Assembly: GCF_964355755.1 (NCBI RefSeq)
Contig: NC_092676.1
Coordinates: 16,448,871-16,512,870 of the forward strand
Length of the DNA stretch: 64,000 bases
Reading direction: 5' to 3'
Source of the DNA: Antedon mediterranea
Taxonomy: Eukaryota; Animalia; Echinodermata
The translations under genes were made by a program, and so were the position numbers. Position 1 is the stretch's first letter; each line of letters starts with the position of its first letter. The notes beneath the pieces were generated by a model. It made no database searches. It had not been told where the DNA came from and saw only the letters and a list, made by a program, of their open reading frames with translations. This document shows, piece after piece, positions 25,401 to 37,400 of the stretch.

Positions 25401-28400
25401 TTACCAAAATGAATAGACAGATAGATATGTGGTCAAGGACCATTCCATTAAATTTTGGGACCATTTGGGACCACAGTCCCAATTCTGGACCACTTTTTAG
25501 TATACTTTTTCAGACCTGCTAGTGTTAAAAGATAGGACAGAATTTTTCAAAAGCCGGCGAGCAGTCTTAAAGTAACAAGTAAACTCAAATTGCATTTCCT
25601 CGAGAACTACTTATCCAAAAAACTTCATTTTTTAACAAGAGGCAAGAGTTATAATTTGTGATTTGTAATTTTAAAACATAATTTGATTTAATATGCACGT
25701 TTTTTGATGCGAGTAGTTTAAAAAACCTATTTCTTTTCAAATTCACTCGTTTGATTTTCGCGTTGCTGTTCTATTGTTAGTCAACTGAAGCTATTGACCG
25801 TGTTCGTACGGCGATTGAAATACACGTTTATTTGGTTTTTACCCTTGGGGTAAAACCCATACGACGTTCGTACGAATAAACAAAGTACCGGTAAGCTGAC
25901 ACGAAACCAATTAAGATCAGAATTCTTAGGTCAAAAAGCGCCCTCTGTGCGTCGACCCATATCAATTGACATGGCGTGTTGACATATTCAACTGGATATT
26001 GCATGTCGTTTTGTGCGCGAATCGTTCAATTATTATTTTTCAATCGACAATCAGACCTATATATTTATAATACATCGAATACAATTTATTTTTTAACTAA
26101 ATAATGATCGAAAATCCTGCTAACGTATGTTGTTTGTTGACCACGTGTATTTATCGTGCGAGCCGAACTATTGTTGTGGAAATTCCATTTAATGTAAACG
26201 CACTGTACCCCTCTTGTAAAAATCACCACGTGTATTTATCGTGGGAGCCGAACTATTGTTGTAAAAATTCCATTTAATGTACACGCACTGTACCCCTCTT
26301 GTAAAAATCACCACGTGTATTTATCGTGCAAGCCAAACTATTGTTGTGGAAATTCCATTTATTGTACACGCACTGTACCCCTCTTGTAAAAATCACCACG
26401 TGTATTTATCGTGGGAGCCGAACTATTGTTGTAAAAATTCCATTTAATGTACACGCACTGTACCCCTCTTGTAAAAATCACCACGTGTATTAATCGTGCG
26501 AGCCGAACGGTTGTTGTGGTAAAGTCACAGACACCAGGCTACCACAATACAGAACTCCCTGCCGTTACATGTACATTATAAGCCACCGATTCGCAAGTTC
26601 AGGTCACCGGAGAAAACCAACGAGTTGATTATTTACATATAATTTTACAAAACAATAGATATACATTTGCATTAACGAAAAAGAACATTTTAAACAATAA
26701 TTGCTAAACAATCAGAAAGCTTATTTGAGGTCGCGATTTGACATGACCCCGTTAACGCTTGATTAATTATACCCCGAGGCAGTGTGTAATTGGAATGGGA
26801 TTGAAATAACCAGTAAAGTTGGTGGATTTTTCGTCCAGATGGTTTTCTAAATTTTTATAGCCAGAGGCGTAAGTTAATTGCCACACGCGACCTCACAGTT
26901 GGAAGTACACGGTAGTTTCAGCCCCGTCCGAACGGGCCCATTGTTAATTGAAAGGCTTGTTACATAACCATTACACCAAACTCGCATACACATGCTTGTA
27001 ATGAAATTAGGCTAAATCACAAACAGCATTAAGACACACACAAATATATATATATTTTTTTTAACCGGAGAAATCTTATGTAGGAGAATTTTACAGTAGG
27101 CGGAGGTGTGCACTCTCGGAGTGGCTTTCTAGTTTTGTATTGCTTAATATCCAATTATTATACTAAAAACCAAGAAGTATAGTATAACTACATAGTTAGT
27201 GTTTGCCAGTATAATTTAAATTTGTTTTATTGTGTGAGCCTCTACATTTTTTTTCAAAGATGAATATTCAATGATATTGTACTATATAAACAAACAATCA
27301 ATTGTAGTCAAATGAAAATACATATTAAATATTATATGAATATTTCACTTGAAGTGTTATAACACATGGTGTCTCATTCACTTGTACAGTAGACTGTGAG
27401 GCCATAAATATATTATACAATTAGATTTAATATCTAGCGCTCTCTCTCATTATTATTATATTTTCCACTGATTAATTCTAATCTATAAACATTACATTAT
27501 ATTTTTTAGTGTTTAAGTTTAATTTTAACCAGCTGGCCATACAGACGTAACTTAAAGTTTTTAAAACACCCTTTTTTTGTCTACATCCACACATTTGTTT
27601 AATGACAATACTAGTTTTATATTATTGTTTTGTTAAATTTCAAATAATAACAAAAATTAATTTACTACTTTTGGAAAAAGCAATAAAAGCACAAACTAAC
27701 AGAATATTGAAATTTTAGATATAGTAGGCCTGGTTTCAACTTTTTAGAGTTCTTCGATAGAGTGAGTTTACATAGATAGTATTTGCTTGTTATGCATCTT
27801 GGATTCAAAATAGACAAGATAATTAAAATAATGATGCTGGTAGTTATAAACAAAAGTCATTAAGAATAAAAGGTCATTTCTTTAGTCTTGGAAGAAAGCT
27901 TTGTAAGTCCAGTTCAGTGAATATTCTGCTAGTTCATGACGTAGTCTTTCAATCGACCTACTGTGTACACATGTCTGTTTTTTTTGGCTAATTGTTGGTG
28001 TTAACATCGGGTACATCTTTTTGTCTTTTTTCATTCTGACTAATTATTTCATTCTTTCTTTTTTTTATTTTGCAGCCGACAGGGGATATAGACTTCAGTA
28101 AATTGGATAAATCAGGAAATATTTCTTCATCCTCTCAAGCCTCTATTTCGGGACAGTTTTCGCCAATTCCGACAACGAATGTAGATGATCTGTTGAATAA
28201 AGATTATTCATTGACAAGTGAAGATAGTAATGATCGAAGCAGAAGTCACAGCGTTGCTTCTGGTGCGCCACAAGGAATAAAGGCAAAGTTGTTACGTAAG
28301 CGCAGCAATTCTAATAAGTATAAATATCGCAATAGTTTCGGAACAAGTCCAAATGTATCGACAACCTCGGATGCACGTGAATCTGTGTATGACAATGTAA

Positions 28401-31400
28401 ATAAATCCACGAGGCCTGTCGGTAAACCTTTGAATAAAAATCTAATACCAGGAAATAAATTTCTAGCCGTTCAGAGTGAACCGTCGATAAACAAACAGTT
28501 TGAAGCTCAGGACATTGATACGATCCATGAGGATTCTACATATACACCTCCTAGAGTTGTAGTTAGCACTGAACTGTTAGATCGAAAAGGACGCGATACT
28601 GATAAACATAGTGCCAGCTATGACCAATTGGAAACGTTTCGATCCCGTGCTATGACCGATACTAGTTTACCTAGGAATTCACCGAATATTGTTAAAAGAC
28701 GTATGAAGAGCCCACACCTAGGAAATTCGCGACCCGTAAGCACGGACGTCGAAAATCAAATGGAAATGGAACCCACTACGGAAATACTGGAGGCATATCA
28801 AATGCACTTGCAAAGTTCTACCGAATACGCTGATAGCGGCTTTAGTGGAACCGAGACAATAACGACAAGCTCCTCCGGGTTTTTCCATGGACTTCCCCAT
28901 TTAAATGGCGGTGGAAGCGACAGTGGAAGTAGTCTGTCGAATGGAGACCGCGGAAGTTTTGCAGCAAGTAAAGATGGCAAAAGCTCAATGGCTGACGATT
29001 TTCATAAAATGCTCAGTGATGAGGTATAGTACACAATATTTCTTCAGATTGAGTCATAAACAATATGCGCATACTAAAGTAGATAATGTTACTATTATTA
29101 AATATGTAATTTAATAACAGACTAAAGTATTATATAAAATGTTACTGCAGGTTATTGGCACAAACTGTGGAACCTAGTTCCTAATCAATTGTAAAACATC
29201 TTTCCAATTTGTGTAATGGGCAAGGGAATAAACTAATAAGATAATTAAATAAATGAATATTGAATAATAAAAAAGACAGTAGTTATAATGCACCAACCTA
29301 AATTAGGCTTGAATCAATATACTTTAAATTAAATCACTAAATTACATACATTTAAATTTGCTTCATTATTATTTGTCTTAACAACGAGTTCCCATTGAGA
29401 ATTATTTTTCTAGTTCCTGCTTAGAAGATATGGTCCGGATATTAAGCATTCAATTGAATATGGTAGTAGGAAATTCCTGTGTAATGCAGTTTGAATTGCA
29501 TTTTTCATATTCTAAAATAATTGATGGTATCTATTACATGACCCATACTTATTTTTGTGCTGCAGGAATATGAGGAGGATGAAGATGAAGGGGAGGGCGA
29601 CAGCCATTCCATGGGATCTCAGCAAACAAAAGCCTCTTGTTCAAGACAACGGGGTGCAACCAGGAAAGCAGGGTAAGATATTAATATAAAACTAATATGA
29701 TATTGAATCAAAATGTCCTCTGCATTGTAATTGTGTACCTAAATCATGATCAACACATCATGACCTACACATTATGATAAACACTATATTGTGATTAGCA
29801 CTTATGATCACCTCAAGATCTGCTCATGCTCATATTATTTTAGTACAGTAATGTTAAATGAGAAAAAAAATGTAAAAATATATATAAAATCAGTCAATCA
29901 TCAAGTAAACTATTAATTCTTATTACAGTACAGTGTACTTCTCATGCACCTACACGTTGAAACTGGATTTTAAGAAATCAGAAATTTTCGACATTTATTG
30001 TATTCTTTCTGTTATATTTCTCTATTAAAATTGTAATTTAATGATACATCATCTAATGTAAAAGATGCTGCATATTTAAAACATGGAATTAATATAATCA
30101 TTTCATATTAAGTTGATTTCTGTCATCCCATGTTAATTTACTATAGCCAGCCTGAATACTTTTGAATATGAAATGTAATGAATTCATTGGATAAACAGGC
30201 TATAGAGCGTGACAATTCAATTAATTTAATCCCAACGTGGATACAAAAAAACAATGGTAAATGGCAATATTTACCATGATACCTAATGTCCCTAGAATTG
30301 CGTATAAAAATACAAAGTTGATGGCAATGCACACAACATAATACTAACAATAACATTATATGCGGAATAATATATCAACGCGCAGCAGTAAATAATCTTC
30401 ACCAAAAGATGCACATTTTATATTTAATCGTTTTTTTGTGTACAACTAAAACTGGTTTAAAATGGCGGGAACTCCATATAATTGAATAATCGTGACCTTG
30501 GTTTATTTTAAGAAAATGGAGGTAAAAATGTACAGTATTTAACACAGACTGTTTTAAGCAAGCAGTTTCTTCAGTAGCAACAGACCCTTAATGTGCACTT
30601 ATAGACAAGTATGTCTTGTAGACTTTAGAGTTATGACATTTGACCTTTATGGTTTCCTTTATAGCTTATAGTGTCCTTCACATAACATATTTCGGTTTTT
30701 ATAGTCAGGTCTTACCTGTAAAAACACATGATCACTTAGCATGTGTTTCACCTTTATTCACATCCAAAACAGTGTACAGTATAGTAACATTTCCTACATC
30801 CTTGTCTTTTTTTTTTTTTTTTCAAAAGATTATATTTGTATACAAAATCCTTTTCATATAATGGCGTGGCAAAACTCCAAAAGAAATTAGCTTGAAGTCT
30901 GTCTGCAGTATTTAAAATTATTTAAAAAAATGTAAGGTGAAACAAAACTAAACAAAAGGTTTGATTAGAAAGATCATTATGTTTATTTACTAGAGGTGGA
31001 CACATTTATCAAGGTTAATGATTGTATTGTAATATGAAATGCTTTCTTAGCTTTAAATATTATGAAATCTCTATTCACTCAATTAATCGCACTTGAGCAA
31101 ACCAAAGAGAAATGCATTGTACAGTATAACTTTAAAGAGATAATGAATTTAAGAAATGGCTACTTCTTGAAGCCTTAAAATAGGTTGAGGATTCCCAGGC
31201 ACTAATGCTGATAGCATACTGCAAGTTTCTGCTATGTAGGTACATTGGATAGGAATGAAACTCCCAATATTTTAACATGCCTTCATTACATTCTGATGCA
31301 TAACTGTAACGTTTTTCTGGGCCTCTCAAAAAGTATTAAACGGCACTCAAATGTATTGTATAAACACGTACAGCCTTAGTTTGAGACCCATCAACATTTT

Positions 31401-34400
31401 TCATTGGTTCATGAATTATTGTTCTTAAAATAATTTTATTCTTTTAAGTAAAATATTATTTATATATAGGTGGTTGAGTGTTAAATCTTTACTTGTATGC
31501 CGTAAGAAAAAAGTTGAAAAGGCTCCAAAGAAACGCTGGAAAGACTACTGGGGTAAGCACTGTACACTAGTTATGAACTTTAAAAATGAAAATTTATTTC
31601 GTTTTTGCTACTTATACAGAAAGAACATTTGTGTTGTGTTTTATATGATCCGATACCATACCGTAGTTCAGGTGGTAGTATTCTTGGATAAGGATTTTAT
31701 ATTAAATGTCCAGTGTACACATCTGGCTCGTGTGGAGCTTAAAAGAAAAGTGGGATAGTACAGTCAGGGAAGAGTTACTCTTCCCTGGTACAGTACATCT
31801 TAGAGCCTACCCAGTACCAAAGAAATGGCTGAAGGAGTGGTGACTTCAGATCCAATATTGCAAATGACAACATGATTAAGATTACCTTGGCTATGTCCAT
31901 TTGATATGATAATTCGATGTAAAATACAATAGTACACAATATTAATTAATGAAAATGAATTATAATTTCAGTTTGTTTGAAAGGAACGCTTCTTCTATTT
32001 TTTGTATGTGATGAGAAAACAGCTCCTGATGAAAACAGTGAACCTCGACACATCATCGGTAAGAGAAAGACATGGTATTATTGGTATCATATAGTTATTA
32101 TTATTATTATTATGCTAAGATGATGGAGTATTATTTTGATCTCATGATTCTTGTATATACTATTGTTCTGCTCGAAATAAACTATTCAATGGTGTCTATA
32201 GTACATTATCAAACAAAATAACTTGAGTACAGTACTTAGTGGTGGTGACTACTTTCCCTTTTCTTTACTATTTTTGTTTACACATGATATTTTTCTTAAC
32301 ATTATTGCTGATTGGTTTAGAATTTCTCTCTTTACATTAAAATATAAGCAAGTGCATCTAATGTTCCTTCTTCAGCCTACTCTCTTCTTGCCTTCATTCT
32401 TTTGTCAATTACTTCCTTCAACAATCCATTTCCTTTCTGTACTTTTCCAATCCATTTCTTCCTTCTTATAATATGGTTTGTTGTTTGTTAGCTTCTTATG
32501 TGTTTTTTAAGCCGTCCCTATTCATTCCATAGTTTTTCTGTAAGTATCTTGCCCAATTTGCAAAGATTTTGGAAATTGTGTTAAAGTTAAAAAATGCATA
32601 AAATCTTAAAATCTGTGTAGTTTATTTATTTTAAAATACAAGCTTAAGAAAACAATTGCATCCTCTTTGTCAAGTGACTCATCAAATATTGTTCTAAACA
32701 TAGAATATTACAGAAAAAAAAAATGAATCGAAAATTAGTTAGATTTTACTGTACGATACAATTAGTAAACCTGTAGCAAGGAGGAGGAGGTGGGTCAGGG
32801 GGTCCGTGGGTTTGAAAGAAACTAAGCCTTTTTACTGAAGTCTGGTTTCAACCCACAAGGTAACAATTCCGGGAGGTTTACAGATTGTTAATGAATTTGA
32901 TGCATTTTAAACAGATTTGAAGCATTTTACACTTACTACAAACTACCTCGCACAATCAGTATTTCAATGTTTACCAGAGGTGCATCGTACCAGAGAAGAA
33001 TAACATTTATTCTTTACTTGTCGGACATTCTTGCAACTAATTCAATGTATCAAATACAAAAATAAACTTTTAAAAAACAAAACTCAAACAGTAAACATGT
33101 GTTTGAAATTGTAAAACCAAAGTTTCTGGAGATTTGGTTGATATTCGAGGGATTGAGATTGGATGAGAATTCGGGGGGCTCCCTTAGAAATTCGGGTTGG
33201 TTGAAACGCTTGGAAGTGCTATTTTCAGAAGAAATACAATGTGAAATACAAATTGCCCTGTAAAGATTTACTGGTGTTATGTAGGGTGTCTAAAAAACTC
33301 AGATCTAGAAAACTCAGATCTCTGACTTTTCTAGATCTAGAAAACTCAGATATCTAACTTTTCTAGATCTAGAAAACTCAGATATCAATATCTGAGTTTT
33401 CTAGTTCCAGAATGGAACCCTGTTATGTAATATTAAAACTAAAATATCAACAAGAAATCTCTTTAATTTACTGCAAACATTTAACCTCAATTTTATACTT
33501 TTCCTTTATATATCTAAGGTTGTATACTATATAACATTTTGTGGTTATTATGTTAATCATTTGTATAATATTTTGATAAAGACATGTTCTTAGAAATACA
33601 AACAAAAATGATGGATAGTAGAGTAATGCTATAACAACAGTTAAATGCATAGATGTGAACCCATTAACACAATCCGGTATACTAGCATTAGGCTACCCTG
33701 GATGGCCATTACTGTGCAAGTTAACATTTTATAACATATCATTTATCATAACTGTAAAACATATTTCGAGATAGATGATGCATGTTAATATTGTACTGTA
33801 TTTCGATTCTTTTGACTTTTATCTATCACAGTTATTTTATTCAGTAATGTTTAATTTCGATAATGCTTTTAGAACCATGATCCTGTATTATACTAGAATT
33901 TATTTAGTTGTTCGCTGAATTGCCAAAAAAGGACCGGTTACATGCAATTAACCAAACAAAATTTTATTGACCAAACTCTATTGCCAATTAATTGAGAATT
34001 ATTTAGTCCACTGCAAACAATGCTATGGTAAGATTTTTCTATTAAAACATTCAGGAATGAACCATAAAACTTTAGATCACTATAATTCTTTGAATTGTTT
34101 ACCATATATTTGTGCATACAGTAGACCTGCTATTAAGGATCCAATGTAGTGCCCCCTTAATAGGGATATAGCTTTCTTTTTATTAACACATTATTTATAA
34201 TTGTTTCTAGGGTCAGTCAGAGTCAGGTACAACAGTATAAAACATGGATAGATTTTTAATCATATTTTTGTTAATTTTATTGCATACTGTAGTAATAGAT
34301 TTAATATTAATATTGTATGCATCTTTCGTCCATCTAGTTGTGGAAAATGGTATTGCCCAAGCTGTACCTGAACATCCTAAAAAGGACAATATCTTGTGTT

Positions 34401-37400
34401 TGAGCACTGCTTTTGGAGACGCCTATCTTTTACAGGTAATTTGTCTTATCCTAATGATGTGTGGTATAAGAACATAATTATCCACGCTCTGTAACTTAAT
34501 GTCATGAAACCTGTTTTTTTAAGATTAAATTGAATAATCCACAATGTGATTATTATGTTGTTTGTAACCTTATTCCATAAATAGCAAACCTAAAATAACG
34601 ATGCTACCTTAATATTTAAAGAATCATCAAGATTTTCTTCTGCTGTAACTGTATTTTTAGATTACAATTATATTTTATTTCAATGTATTTCAGTTACTGC
34701 AGTAAACAGTAGAGTATATGATTACCCAAAAAAAGTAGCTAAATAATTGCATAGTAAACAGGTTTAAGAAAACTAAATAAAATGTAATTACTGCAGTAAC
34801 TACAGTAGAAATAGTTTTGACATGGTTCCTAAATTTAAACAAAATAAATATATTTTGCAGACTTAATAGAGAATATTCTTTTTGATCAAAGACCACAGAA
34901 GATCCTATTTTAATTTATTTAATTTTTTTTTAAATGTTATATTTGCAGGTTTTTTAGTTTCTGTAATTAAGTGCAATAACAGTTTTATTGATATTTTTAT
35001 GATCTGGCGACCCATAGGTTTTCCTTTGTTTAACGCATTGTCCTTAGTTAACTTGAAGTCATTGCTATCATTCTTTGAACCTAAAATTATCTAATATTAA
35101 ATCATAAATGTTTATGTAAAAATGACTCCTACAGTACAGTAGTAATGGCAAACACTGGGAACTTTTTCACTTGTAGGAAATATGGCCACTCATGAGAGGT
35201 TTGGCTGATTCTCAAGCATTTAATTGATTCATTTACAGTATATTTATATATTTTTTTATTTTCAATCTTTCTTTAATACTGAAAACATTTCTTCTGGTTT
35301 CGATTCGTATAATAATATAAGTAGTTCTTTGATAGTAAACCAATAAAACTTACGTTGGCAAGACAGTTTCGTCTAGCTGTCAGCTTGACTTCTTCAGTTG
35401 CTATGATGCGTTATGGCGCCGATTGGTCTCCTTTCCAGCCACTAGATGATTTTGTTGTGTAGCCTAGGGGACCAGTCGTCGTCAGAAGCTGATCGTAAAT
35501 GTGAGATAGTTGGTGCGCGCCTTCGTCTCTATTCATCTTTGTATTTTTATTTTGCTTTCTTATGCTGATGCTTTCTTTAATTTTACGTTTAAGCCAAACT
35601 TGTTCTTTGTGTAGTACCTCTATCTTATCCCAGTTAGGTATGTGGTTGTGTGTGGTCATATGGTCCGTGATTGCTGATTTATGTAAAATGGAGGACGAAA
35701 CTTTCCGTGATGCACGCGTCTGCATGTTCTGTGTGTTATCCTCAACATCTTTCTTGTGCTCTTTAATTCTGGTTTTGAGTGCCCTACCCGTTTCCCCAAT
35801 GTACACCATCTCACAGTTGGTGCACCCCACTTTGTAGATGACACCACAGGAATCCTCTTTGCATGCTTTATCTTTCGGTCGGACGATTAAGTTTTTAATT
35901 TTGTTAGATGGTTTAAAGTATGTTCGTATGTTTAAACCATCTAACAAAATTAAAAACTTAATCGTCCGACCGAAAGATAAAGCATGCAAAGAGGATTCCT
36001 GTGGTGTCGTCTACAAAGTGGGGTGCACCAACTGTGAGATGGTGTACATTGGGGAAACGGGTAGGGCACTCAAAACCAGAATTAAAGAGCACAAGAAAGA
36101 TGTTGAGGATAACACACAGAACATGCAGACGCGTGCATCACGGAAAGTTTCGTCCTCCATTTTACATAAATCAGCAATCACGGACCATATGACCACACAC
36201 AACCACATACCTAACTGGGATAAGATAGAGGTACTACACAAAGAACAAGTTTGGCTTAAACGTAAAATTAAAGAAAGCATCAGCATAAGAAAGCAATATA
36301 AAAATACAAAGATGAATAGAGACGAAGGCGCGCACCAACTATCTCACATTTACGATCAGCTTCTGACGACGACTGGTCCCCTAGGCTACACAACAAAATC
36401 ATCTAGTGGCTGGAAAGGAGACCAATCGGCGCCATAACGCATCATAGCAACTGAAGAAGTCAAGCTGACAGCTAGACGAAACTGTCTTGCCAACGTAAGT
36501 TTTATTGGTTTACTATCAAAGAACTACTTATATTACTTTCTTTAATACATTCGAATACAAAAAAAACCAGACATAACATAACAAAATCAAATTTGTGATG
36601 GTCACTTTCAGTAAATGTTTATACAAAATTCAAAATATAACCAATCACAAATGTCTGGTGTACATCAGAGGTTCAACTTCATAAAGCAGTTGAATTTCTC
36701 AAAATAACCATACATTGCAAGATGGTATGTTAGAATTTCTAATCCCATATAAAGCACTTTCTTGGTAGTAGGTCTATAGTACATATTAACGTTTTTTTTT
36801 AGTAATCTATGAATACTTCTGTGCTATTCTACTGCACTATGGTAACTACATTTTACACTGTTTATGAAATTAATTGCTGATTCATTAGATTTGATATGCA
36901 TTACACCATGGAGAAATCAGATTTCTCCATGATTACACCAAAGAAAGCTTGCTAGGTGATTGCAAGCCTTTTCTGTTTATTGTAGTGGCTTCCTCAAAAA
37001 CGTCTTCCCTGAAACAAATTTGGAATAAAAAAAAATGTAGTTTACTGCAGTAACTGCAGTAAAACATTTTGACACAGATCCTAAAAGGTTTTTAAAAATG
37101 CAAACTTCTTTTAACTGGTAGTTTATCCAATTTATATTTATTTATAACTATAATAAAATTTCATTATTGTATTGAGAGGCACAATTTAAGGGATATTTAT
37201 ATCATTTATATTCTCAGGCTCCAACACAGATTGAACTTGAAAATTGGATAACTGCAATTCACTCAGCATGCTCGTCAGCATTTGCAAGACAGCATGGGAA
37301 GGATGATACTCTCAAATTGTTGCGGACTTACTTCCAAAAGCTTGAACAACAGATTGATAATGTTAGTAGATTGTCATGTTTTACACCAGTTACCATCACA

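Larger units (their letters stand above)
35280..36535. mobile_element. Penelope-like retroelement (PLE), 5'-truncated, inverted fold-back structure
   Basis: GIY-YIG endonuclease ([39 protein letters not shown]...I...MNRDEG) on both strands. Arms 35313-35917 and 35931-36535. 13-bp TSD CTTTCTTTAATAC at 35267-35279 and 36536-36548. Confidence 0.95.

Noticed and set aside
35838-35989. N-terminal parts of the 192-aa and 199-aa GIY-YIG ORFs as genuine protein starts
   Set aside because: They are antisense read-through of the opposite arm created by the inversion. There is no RT, so the element is non-autonomous.
35313-36535. Assembly or chimeric-read fold-back artefact
   Set aside because: A flanking 13-bp TSD, an asymmetric 33-nt tail and mismatches between arms argue for a real insertion, though read support was not checked.
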